From Mobula hypostoma (lineage: Eukaryota): 64,000 nucleotides of DNA. The notes under the pieces were generated by a model. The model was not told where the DNA came from. It ran no database searches and saw only the letters and a program-made list of their open reading frames with translations. The number at the start of each line of letters is the position of its first letter. Within the stretch, counting starts at the first letter, position 1. The translations under genes were made by a program, and so were the position numbers. Shown piece by piece: positions 53,101 to 64,000 of this stretch. The stretch spans positions 54,190,001 through 54,254,000 of the forward strand of contig NC_086108.1 in NCBI RefSeq assembly GCF_963921235.1. Direction: 5' to 3'.

Positions 53101-54461
53101 ACGTCTAAAATTGAGAAAGAATATATGGCAGAACTAGATCAATTGGAAAAAGAGATTACAAAAATAGAAAAAGAATCTCAAAGATATATGTCAGAAGAAA
53201 AACGAAGACAACTTGTCAATAAGAAGTTACAATATAATACGCTTAAGACATATAGAACGGAAAAAGCAATTATAAGAACTAAACAAAGGTATTATGAGTT
53301 AGGTGAGAGAGCACATAAAATTCTTGCCTGGCAGTTGAAAACAGAACAAGCTTCCAAAACAATAAATGCAATTAGAACAAGGGCAAATAAAATATCTTAT
53401 AAACCTCTTGAAATAAATGAAACTTTAAAAAATTTCTATTCTGAATTATATCAATCAGAATCCCAAAATGATGTTAATGAGATAGAAAGGTCTTTATCAC
53501 AAATTTCTGTTCCAAAATTGAATTTGGAAGAACAAAAGGGATTAGATATGCCTTTTACATTAAAAGAAGTTGAAGAAGCTTTAGGATCACTCCAAAGTAA
53601 TAAATCTCCAGGAGAAGATGGTTTTCCACCTGAATTTTATAAAAAATTTAAAGATTTATTATTTCCTCTTTTTATAGAACTAATATGTCAAGCAGAAAAA
53701 ATACATAAACTTCCAGAATCTTTTTCAACAGCGATTGTAATAGTATTGCCAAAAAAAGACAGAGACCCTATGAAACCAACATCATACAGGCCTATTTCTT
53801 TATTGAATACGGATTATAAAATAATAGCAAAAATTTTATTGAATAGATTATCTAAATATTTACCAAAATTAATACATATGGATCAAACAGGATTTATTAA
53901 AACTAGACAATTGGCAGATAATGTAACCCGGCTACTCAGTATAATTCATTTGGCACAAAAAAGGGATGAGAAGAGTATAGTAGCAGTCTTGGATGCAGAA
54001 AAAGCATTTGATAGATTAGAATGGGATTTTTTATTTAAAGTATTAGAAAAATATGGGTTAGGAACATCTTTTATAAATTGGATTAAAACTTTAAATTCTA
54101 ACCCTAAAGCTAAAGTAGTGACAAATTCTCAAATTTCAACACCATTCCAGTTAAAAAGGTCAACTAGACAAGGTTGTCCATTATCACCTGCTTTATTTGT
54201 ACTGGCGATAGAGCCATTAGCAGAACTAATCAGAATTGATCCAGATATTATGGGTTTTAGAGTTAATAGGAAGCATTGTTTGTAACTTATTGAGTAGCGA
54301 TTACCTTTGTGATTAGCATATAAATATCGAGCCCACATTTAGCTAGCAGACCTTTCTGCGGAAAGCGTCTCGAGATGCCTGCTGTACTTTGTGTCGAATA
54401 AAGAAGCTGCTTTGTATCTACCACTGACTGTCTCTCCAGTAATTTCATCCACACTACAACA
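50102..54461 (+). mobile_element. Solo LTR (~550 bp once the L1 is removed), 5-bp TSD CATTA
   Basis: TGTT...AACA termini; CATTA at 50097-50101 and 54462-54466. TATAAA (~54319) and AATAAA (~54397) in the 3' half. Confidence 0.85.
50471..54264 (+). mobile_element. L1-clade LINE: intact 5' end, ORF1, ORF2 (EN and part of RT), 3'-truncated, 15-bp TSD
   Basis: ORF1 50617-51736 with one frameshift (NNIKIVGLKEG, IERAHR, FYPDIS). ORF2 from 52204 (SFNVNGLN, QETH, GGDFN, SRID, SDH, KSPGEDG, DAEKAFD, RQGCPLSP). TSD AATAGGAAGCATTGT at 50456-50470 and 54265-54279. Confidence 0.95.
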
Positions 54462-54759
54462 CATTACAAACAGCAGGGGTCCCAGCACAGATCCCTGTGG
54501 AACTTCACTAATTACAGACCTCCAGCGCGAATAAGTCTCTTCAATCACTACTTTCTGTCTTCTATGTGCAAGCCAGTTTTGAATCCAAGCAGCCACTTTG
54601 CCACGGATCCCATGCATCTTAATCTTCTGGTTAGCTTCCTATGAGGGACTTTGTCAAAGGCCTTACTAAAATCCATGTTGACAATATCCACTGCCCTACC
54701 CGATCCATCTCTCTTGTCACCTTGTCAAAGACCTCAATGAAGTTGGTATGGCACAACTT

Positions 54760-55363
54760 CTTAAAAATTTATTCATTTATGGGATGTGGGAATCACCAGC
54801 TAGGCCAGCATTTATTACCCATCCCTAGTTGCCCTTGAGAAAGTGGTGATGAGCTGCCTTCTTGAACTGCTACAGTCCCTGAGGTGTAGGTACACCCACA
54901 GTGCTGTTAGGGAATTCCATGATTTTGACCCAGCAACGATGAAGGAACAGTGTTATGTTTCCAAGTCAGGATGGTAAGTGACTTGAGGGGGATTTCCAAA
55001 TGGTGGTGTTCCCATGTATCTGCTGTTCTTGTCCTTCTAGATGGTAGTGGTCGTGGGTCTGCGAGGTGCTGCCTGAGGAACTTTGGTGTATTATTGCAGT
55101 GCATCTGGATAGTTCACACTGCTGCAACTGTTCATCAATGGTGGAGGGATTGGATACTTGTGGAAGGGGTACCAATCGAGTTGGCTGCCTTGTACTGGAT
55201 GGTGTCAAGCTTCTTGAGTGTTGATGGAGCTGCACTCATCCAGGCGAGTGACAAGTATTCCATTACACTCCTGACCTGAACCTTGTAGATAGTGGACAGG
55301 CTTTGAGGAGTCAGGAGGTGAGTTACATGCAACAGGATTCCTAGCCTACTCTGGTAACCACAG
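54760..55363 (-). mobile_element. 3' fragment of another CR1/L2-group LINE, 7-bp TSD ACAACTT
   Basis: LSTIYKVQVRSVMEYLSLAWMSAAPSTLKKLDTIQ. TSD at 54753-54759 and 55364-55370. Confidence 0.75.
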
Positions 55364-55834
55364 ACAACTTGCCACGTGCAAAGCCAGGCTGGCTCTCCCT
55401 AATGAGGCAATAGGTTTCCAAATGCTCATGTATCCTTTCCCTAAAGAATTTTCTCCAGCAATTTCTCTACAACTGATGTGAGACTCACTGATCTATAGCT
55501 GCCAGGATGTTTCCTTGTTCCCTTCTTAAATCGAGGTACAACGCTCCCTGGGACCTCGCATGTGGCTAGAGAGGACACAAAGTACTGTTCAAGGGCCCAG
55601 CAATCTTGTCTCTTGCCTGGGGTAAATCCCATCAGACCCTGGGCACATCCATCTTAATACTCCTTAGGAGCCCAAATACTTCCTGCTCCTTGACCCTGAA
55701 ATGCCCTACATATTTATACACTCAGTGCCAATCTCCTGGCCCTCCATATCAATTTCCTTGGTAAATAATGATACAAAGTACTCATTAAGTACCATGTTTA
55801 CATTTTCTGTATCCAAGCAATTGTTCCCCCCCTT

Positions 55835-56135
55835 TATCCTAAGCACATAGCCTTGTAGTGCACCTGTGTTAATGATGACTGTGGAGGAGATGTTGCTGCC
55901 AGTCCAAACTGACTAGGTCTGAAAGTGAAGAAATCAAGGATCCAGTTGCACAAGGACATATTGAGGCCTAGGTCTTGGAGCTTATTGATTAGTTTTGAGG
56001 GGAAGATAGGGTTGAATGCTGAGCTATAGCTGACGAAGAGCATCCTGATGTCTGCATTTTCACTGTCTGCATGTTCCAGGGCTGAGTGAGTAGCCAATGA
56101 AATGGCATCTGCTGTTGACCTGTTGTGACAGAAGG
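55835..56135 (-). mobile_element. Rex1/Babar RT fragment
   Basis: [38 protein letters not shown]. Confidence 0.75.
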
Positions 56136-56492
56136 CAGTATATTCTTTACTTTTTTTTGTTCCTTTAATTCACCATACCTGCTAATATGTTCATTACTTA
56201 TGAATTCTTATTTTGTATCACATCCTTGAATCAAATACCTTTCACCAAGGAAAATATCCGTAAGAGCTTAATCGACCATAGATAGCATATGTGTACTGAT
56301 GTCCAAGAACCAGTTGTCTCCTTGTTGAAATTTCCTGGAGCCAAAATCTAAAGAAATTATATTTTCAACAATCTCTTGACAGGCTGAGTTACAGCAAGCT
56401 GTCAGTCTTTCATCTACTGTCAACCAAATGGGGGCTGTAACAGTTAATTATTATCTGCTTGGATATAATTTATTTTGTTGAAATATCTTTAC

Positions 56493-57240
56493 AATCAGAA
56501 TCTGGTTTAATATCACTGGCATATGTCGTGAAATTTGTTGTTTTGCGGCATCAATACATTCAGTGCATAATGTTAAAAATGTGCAGTGCTCCCTCCATAC
56601 CAGACAGTGGTACAAACTGTTATAATGTTCTCCATGGTACACCTGTAGAAATTTGTGAGAATCTTTGGCAACATACCAAGTCTGCTTAAAAACTCCTGAT
56701 GAAATACAGTCATTGTTGTGTCTTCTTTGTAATTGCATCAGTATGTTGGACCCAGGATAGATCTGCAGAGATATTGACACTCAGGAACTTGAAGCTGCTC
56801 ACCCTTTTCATTGCTGATCCCTTGATGAGGATTCATTTGTGTTCTTCGACTTTCCCTTCATGATGTCCACAATCAATTCCTTAGTCTTACCTTGAGTGCA
56901 AAGTTGTTGTTGTGACACCACTCAACCAATTGATCTGTGTCACTCCTGCATGCCTCCTTGTACCATCTGAAATTCTGCCAATAGTTGTGTCATCAGCAAT
57001 TTTATAGATTGTATTTGAGCTGTGTCTAGCCATACAGTCATGGATGTAGAGAGTGGAGCAGCAGGCTAAGCATGCATCCCTGAGGTGTGCCAATGTTAAT
57101 CGTCAGTGAGGAGGAGATAGTATTTCTCATCCACACTGATTCTCGGTGAGTAAGTCAGGGATCCATTTGCAGAGGGAAGTAAAGAGGCACAGAGTTTGGA
57201 GCTTGTTGGATAGAACTGAGAGTATGATTGTGTTGAAGTC
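56493..57240 (-). mobile_element. Degraded Rex1/Babar fragment with 3' tail
   Basis: LYIHDCMARHSSNTIYKIADDTTIGRI; (ATTCTG)n tail. Confidence 0.75.
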
Positions 57241-57341
57241 TGCAAATATGGCTGATAGTATTGTTAAATTAGTGATTAAGTAGGATAGCTGCAACAGCAT
57301 CTGCTGTATATCTAAAAGCTATCTAATTAATGATGTATTGT

Positions 57342-57562
57342 TGCTGGCGAATGCAGCAGGCTAGGCAGCATCTCTAGGAAGAGGTACAGTCGACGTTTTA
57401 GGCCGAGACCCTTCGTCAGGACCCTTCGCCAGTCCTGACCAAGGGTCTCGGCCTGAAACGTCGACTGTACCTCTTCCTAGAGATGCTGCCTGGCCTGCTG
57501 CGTTCACCAGCAACTTTGATGTGTGTTGCTTGAATTTCCAGCATCTGCAGAATTCCTCTTGT
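57342..57562. mobile_element. Short palindromic Penelope-derived insertion with two opposed hammerhead cores, 15-bp TSD
   Basis: ~83-bp inverted arms (57340-57422 and 57432-57514) plus a ~48-nt tail. TSD TTAATGATGTATTGT at 57327-57341 and 57563-57577. Confidence 0.9.
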
Positions 57563-57859
57563 TTAATGATGTATTGTGTTTGCATTTTTAAATGATGTGC
57601 ATGTAATACGTTTCTGCTAGGTACTGAGCCTCTGGTAAAACTGTTGATTATTATTATCAAAGCTGTTATTTCTAATTTTGTAAAATTACACAGAAGTCGT
57701 TGAGGTAATGTTCATTATTACCTTAAGCTCCGTGACTACCTTTGAAATTTAAGCTTTAATTGACTAATCAAAGTTATCTGGAAATGAAACACAAGTTGCT
57801 TTATGCATTTAGTCCTTAACTTTGACATATATAGGTAATTTTAATTTCTTATCTTTCAG

Positions 57860-57926
57860 GATGTATATGAATTGTTGAAAGATTATGAATTGAAATACTG
57901 CTATGTAGATAAGAACAAAGGAACAG
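57860..57926 (+). CDS. RAVER2: RAVER2 exon 2 (DVYELLKDYELKYCYVDKNKGT), RRM1
   Basis: tttcag acceptor, gtaagc donor; in frame with exon 1. Matches the RAVER motif EVHDLLKDYDLKYCYVDRNKRT. Confidence 0.93.
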
Positions 57927-60799
57927 GTAAGCGGAAATTGTTTAGTGTTTAAGAAACACACATTTATGAGGAGATATTGTGCAATCACTTGCATTCCCCT
58001 TGATCTAAAAAGTGACCTAGAAAGTACATGACTTTTAGTAATATGCCACAGGCCAATTATTGTTCCTATGTGTACAACTGCAATATTAGTGTCTACCTAA
58101 ACAAAATAGAAAAAGGCAAAGTGGTAAATGTATTATGTAGGAAAAATCAAAATACTTGGTGAAAAACTGATGTACGTAGGGATCTTGCTGTGCCATTTCA
58201 AGAGATGCTGTACCTTCACTTTGCCTCCCAAAGTATCAATACACAAAATATGAAAGGTGACCAGTTTGATATGCATTGAGAAACCCATCTGCTTGTAGAA
58301 AGTAGAGGAAAAACCTTCTTTGTTCTCAAATCAGTCCTGGAATTTGCCACAGTGTTTTCACAAGTGTATTGGATAGGTAGATACTTGAGAATTATTTGAT
58401 GACCTCTGGGGAAAGCTGAGCTTTAGAGCTGACATGGTTTGCTGTATGGAGTATATATACTGTAATAATTATGTTATTCTACTTGGGGATTGGCTAAGAA
58501 TATGAATGAAGCACTGTTAAGGAGAATCTCGTTGATTGACAGAGCAAGTTTGAGTCTTTGCCCTATACCTGTTTCATTGTTTTGTTTAACTCCATTTGCT
58601 GCCACTGAATGAAGCAGTCTTTTCTCACGTCCAGTGAGACCAAAGCTGGCAAGTATTGAGGTGATGCATGAAAACTAATGTCCTAGCTATACAAATGACA
58701 TACAATGAATGGCTACCTTTTATATACTAGCCACTTCGCTTTGACATTTAATATTATTGCCATTGCTGATCCCCAGCCAGTAATGCACTAATTTTTGTTA
58801 TTGACATAAAAAACTCTATGAACTGGCTGCACCAGCAACATGTGCACTAGAGCAGTGAAGCTGGTTATTCAGTGGTGGGTGGTCCTTGACGCCTCAAAAT
58901 TGCTTCAACATCCATAGTGGGCAAACCTGTTTTGCAGTTATTACAGTGAAATGTTCCTCTTCCCTTTCTAAATACTGCTCGAACAGTGTTTTAAAAAAAA
59001 TGAATACCATCCAGAGAGTAGCTCTCTTAATGCACACTTTTCTTATCTACGCAGGCCCACATTGTGGCTTCTTTGAACCTTACAAGGTACACTGCCAGTA
59101 AGTTGAGAAGACTTCATAATAAGAACCTTCCAAAGCAAAACAAGCAATGTTCCTACAAGCTGATATGTAGGAATACTATTACTTCTAAGTTCTCTTCCAA
59201 GGCCTATGTCAACTTGACCTTGAAACTTGTTGTTTTCTCATATGGTTATTGTTAAATTTGTGGAATATCAGGTGATGAAGACATTGACTTGATTTTACTG
59301 ATGCCATGTTTGAATAATTGTAGCTAGATAGCATTACTGATAAACTCTAGTTTATAATCATGAATCCTGGGTTAATATCCCAAAGAATTTTGCATTGCTC
59401 TTGCAATTATATTAAAAAAAAACAAAAAATTGGGGTCAGGAGAATAGGTAGGTGATCAAACTTACTAGAAATGGTTGGTATCTGACTGGAAATTTTAGTT
59501 GCAACAAATTATTCTATGTCTGAATGTTACTTAGATCTTGCTGCATGCATACATGCTTCAGTTGCTGTGGAGTTGTAAATGGAATTGAGCATTGTAAGGA
59601 TGAGATCAAATAAGTATATCCCTTGAGTTGGTTCATTCATTCCCTATCCTTCAGAACTGGATCACTTTGGTTTCTGGTCAAAGACGTTGCAGTCCCCCAC
59701 CCAAAAACCTGTGTGCTCTTGTTAATTTCAGTGCTGTTTTGCTGAACATGAATGAGTAGTGATTCCTCAACTAAGTGAGGGCAATGACTGGTAATCAAGA
59801 GGAGGTTTGATTGCCCATGTCTGATCTTATGCCATAAGGCATACATATCTAAAGGCTAATGGTGATAGTTCTCAGGGTCACCCCATGCCATCTGAGTCAC
59901 AACCTCTAGTTGGAGGTCTGCTCTCTCAGTGGTACAAGATGTAGCCTAAGGTCTGTGCTTAATTAGTTTGTGATATTGATCTCCTTATTTAGACACCTAT
60001 CTCCAGTTTTGAGGGCGGCACTCTGGTCTGACTTCTGTTGTAGGAAGGTATTCAAGGATGTGTTCAAAATAATGAAAGATCATTCCAGAGGGAGCATTAC
60101 ATCAATGCAATAGGAGCATGTAGAAGCCCTGAATAAATGGAGGAGCACTTCATCTTATAAAGTGAGTAGATTACATTCTCCCACTCACTTCAAGCTTCTA
60201 TTCTCATCTGTGGAAAGGGCCTCTATCACCCACAATTGCTGCATCAGCTTCCCCAGTCAGTTCAAAAGTGACAGCGTCAGTGTGGAAGTGGAGAAGAAAA
60301 GTTGGAAGTGCAAGTTATTAACCTAGTTCTGTATTTGTGCTCCTTACCTAATATTGTTTGATTTGGCCATAATCTCACGCTAATTCAGATACCATGAAGT
60401 TCTGTTTGACATTGGAGGAAAATGAAATAGCAGGTTGAGTTTTGCTTCAGTGTAATGCTGCTTTGAACCATGCAAATTAAAAAGTGAATTTTAAATTTAA
60501 TGTTACCTAAAAAGATACTGTATGATGCTGAAAGAAATTGGATAACTTGGAGATGTGGTGGAGTTAAAATGGGATTTGGAGGCATGGGATTAACCAGGTT
60601 TAGAAAGGATCACTGGGCAGTCATGATCAGCCCAGAATTAATAGATGGCACATTCTTAGGATAGGCAAGGTGGTTGGTGCAGGGCATTTAGAAATGGGAT
60701 ACAGCTGACAGGTCACTTAGTGGGGTTAAAGTCATCATCATTTGGGGAATGGAAGGAGGACAGAAGTGGGGTAATTCTGCTTTTGGAAATGTGGATGAG

Positions 60800-63700
60800 T
60801 TTTCTTTCTTTTTCAATCTTTTTATTAATTTCGAAATATAGAAACAAAACATAGCAATAATACAAATAGTAGGAGATATATTGTTACACTTAAGAAAAGT
60901 AATTGTAAAATCAAATAGTGTAAGTTAACAAAGCTCCCAATCATGTAGAACTGACAACGGATAATACAAATCAAAAAAAACCTGAAAAAAAATCATGAAA
61001 AAGAAAAAAAAAACAAAACCAAAAAAAAACAAACCCCATCCCCAAAGAAAATTAAAATTAACCAACTAAACCAAAAGACTTGGGCAAAACTAACAACTTA
61101 AAAATGGAAAAGAAGAAAACCTTAGTGTCGATGACTCCATTCCCCTCCAACAACAGTACAGAGAGATAAAACAAGTTTGGAAATGATCAAATTACATCAA
61201 ATGAAAATGCTGAATGAATGGCCTCCAAGTTTTTTCAAACTTAATAGAAGGGTCATAAACTGCACTTCTAATCTTATCCAAATTCAAACACACCATAGTT
61301 TGTGAAAACCAATGAAATACCTTAGGAGGGTTAATCTCTTTCCAATTCAACAAAATGGACCTTTTAGCCATTAAAGTAAGAAATACAATCATCCTTCGTG
61401 ATGAAGAGGTTAAATTATTTAAGTTTATCATTGGTAGTCCAAAGATAGCAGTAATTGGATGAGGTTGTAAGTCTATATTTAGGACCGTTGAAATAATATC
61501 AAAAATATCTTTCCAATATTTCTCCAACAAGGGACATGACCAAAACATGTGAGTTAAAGAAGCTATCTCGAAATGACATCTGTCACATATTGGATTAATA
61601 TAAGAGTAATAACGAGATAGTTTATCTTTGGACATATGAGCCCTGTGCACTACTTTAAACTGTATCAACACATGTTTAGCACACACAGAGGATGAATTCA
61701 CCAACTGAAGAATTTTTTCCCATTTTTCAGTCGGCATGTTAATCTCAAGTTCTCTTTCCCAGTCAGCTTTAATTTTATTAGAAGCATCAGGACATAAATT
61801 CATAATTATATTATATATAATTGCTACTACACTTTTCTGAGAGAGATATAAATCCAAGATTTTTTCCAAAATGGCCATTGGATATGGGTGTGGAAACAGT
61901 AATTAAAAAGTTTCTAATCTGTAAATATCTAAAAAAGTGAGATCTGGGTAAGTTATATTCATTAGAGAGTTGATCAAAAGACAAAACAATTATCCAAAAA
62001 TAAATCGCGAAAAGATATTATACCTTTGGTTTTCCAATCAAAGTAAGCTTGATCCATTGTGGAAGATTGAAAAAGAAAATTTGATATAATGGGACTTGCT
62101 AGAATAAATTGATTAAACCCAAAAAATCTTCGGAATTGAAACCATGTACGTAAAGTATGCTTAACTATTGGGTTATTCATTTGTTTATATAATTTAAAAG
62201 AAGTAAAAGGAAGTGAAGTTCCTAAAACCGAACCCAAGGAAAACCCTTGTAATGAATTAGATTCAAGATTTACCCAATGAGGGTTTAAAGATACGTCCAA
62301 ATCTCGTAACCAAAATTTTAAATATCGAATATTAATTGCCCGGTAATAAAATCTAAAATTCGGGAGGGCGAGCCCCCCCTCCTTTTTAGATTTCTGTAGA
62401 TACTTTTTACCTAACCTAGGATTTTTATTCTGCCAAATATGTGAGGAAATTTTTGAATCTACGTTATCAAAAAAAGATTTGGGGATGAAAATTGGAACCG
62501 ATTGGAATATATACAAAAATTTGGGCAAAATGATCATCTTAATAGCATTAATCCGACCAATCAAAGACAAAGAGATTGGCGACCATTTGGTAAATAAAAG
62601 TTTAATCTGATCAATTAAAGGTAAAAAGTTAGCTTTAAATAAATCTTTATATTTTTTCGTAATTGTTATCCCTAAATATATAAATGAATCAGTAACCAAT
62701 TTAAATGGTAAACGTCCATAAGTAGGTACATCCTTATTTAAAGGGAATAATTCACTCTTATTAAGATTCAATTTGTAACCAGAGAAGTTACTAAATTGAG
62801 CTAACAGATCTAAGATGGCAGGAATTGACTTCTCCGGGTTAGAGATGTATAACAACAAATCATCTGCATATAATGATAATTTATGTATTTCGTTCCCACG
62901 GGTAATACCAACAATATTTGGCGAGTCACGAATAGCAATTGCTAAAGGTTCAAGAGCAATATTGAATAGTAAAGGACCAAGAGGGCAACCTTGCCTAGTG
63001 CCACGAAAAAGACGAAAAAAAGGAGATCTATAATTATTTGTACAAACCGAGGCTACCGGGGAGTAATATAACAATTTAATCCAAGATATAAATGTCAAAT
63101 TAAAATTAAATTTCTCAAGAACATTAAATAAATAAGGCCATTCAACTCTGTCAAAGGCTTTCTCAGCATCTAATGAGATAATACATTCCGGGGTAGTAAA
63201 TGAGGGAGTATAAACAATATTCATTAACCTCCTAATATTAAAGGATGAATAGTGATTTTTAATAAATCCGGTTTGATCCATAGAAATAATTTGAGGTAAC
63301 ACCTTCTCCAATCTAGTTGCTAGAATTTTCGAAAAAATTTTAGTGTCTACATTCAGAAGAGATATCGGTCTGTATGATGCACAATCAGTAGGATCTTTAT
63401 TCTTTTTAAGAATTAAGGAAATAGAGGCTTCATAAAACGATTGTGGTAATTTACCTAAACTGATTGCTTCCTTGAATATTCTAGACAATTTAGAAGAAAG
63501 AATGGAGGAAAAAAATTTTAAAAATTCCACTGTAAACCCATCCGGACCGGGTGCTTTACCAGAATTCAATGATGAGATTGCAGTTATTACTTCTTCCTCT
63601 GAAATGGAAGTTTCTAATGATAGGGACTCTTCAGGTGATAATTTCGGAAAACTCCATTTACTTAAAAAATCATGCATGAAATTAGAATCATGAGGAAAAT

Positions 63701-64000
63701 CAGAGTGATATAAAGAGGTATAAAATTCTTGAAAGGTTTGGTTTATCCCAGCATGATCAACTGTGAAAGTATCATCCTGTTTACGAATCTTAGTAATTTG
63801 ACGTTTAACCGAATCAAATTTCAATTGGTTAGCCAGTAATTTACCCGATTTATCGCTATGAATATAAAAATCACTTCTAGTTCTCATTAATTGATTTTCG
63901 ATCGAGGATGTTAATAATAAGCTATGTTCCAATTGGAGTTCAACTCTGTGTTTGTACAGCTCCTTACTGGGAGAAATAGCATATTTTTTTATCGACTTCT
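60800..64000 (-). mobile_element. L1-clade LINE ORF2 (RT plus C-terminal CCHC), 3' UTR and A-rich tail; continues beyond the window
   Basis: KAPGPDG, YRPISLLN, DAEKAFD, TRQGCPL, YADD, YLGI, CDRC...HMFWSC. Stop at 61974 and a frameshift near 61890. Minus-strand AATAAA at ~60822-60827. Confidence 0.95.

Larger units (their letters stand above)
49272..55832 (-). mobile_element. CR1 LINE acting as host for nested insertions (pieces 49272-50101, 54467-54759, 55364-55832)
   Basis: CR1 motifs continue across the insertions: [50 protein letters not shown]. Confidence 0.85.

Noticed and set aside
27035..57562. Both mini-palindromes lie ~300 nt upstream of a RAVER2 exon, suggesting targeting
   Set aside because: Two cases in a window where the family is abundant cannot be separated from chance.

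Overview
Eukaryotic vertebrate DNA. The repeat families suggest a cartilaginous fish, probably a ray; this is an inference from repeat content. The window holds the last six coding exons and 3' UTR of CACHD1 (+, 701-10472). Downstream are the CpG-island promoter and exon 1 (27535-27717) and exon 2 (57860-57926) of RAVER2 (+), the same gene order as in mammals. The rest is dense in transposable elements: CR1, Rex1/Babar, L1/Tx1 and HERO-like LINEs, tRNA-derived SINEs, four solo LTRs, a decayed Tigger/pogo transposon, a hAT MITE and a Penelope-like family. Main findings: (1) the Penelope-like family carries a minimal hammerhead ribozyme and inserts as fold-back palindromes at two scales, a ~3 kb one and two ~200 bp TSD-flanked hairpins next to RAVER2 exons; (2) a TSD-flanked chimera joins a SINE to a 429-bp unidentified open-frame fragment, possibly a captured foreign or viral RNA; (3) a 5'-intact, 3'-truncated L1 without a poly(A) tail still has a perfect 15-bp TSD and is nested in a solo LTR nested in a CR1; (4) a HERO-like fragment has a 38-bp duplication and a candidate 3' pseudoknot. 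Family names come from recalled motifs, not database searches. Boundaries of old repeats are approximate.
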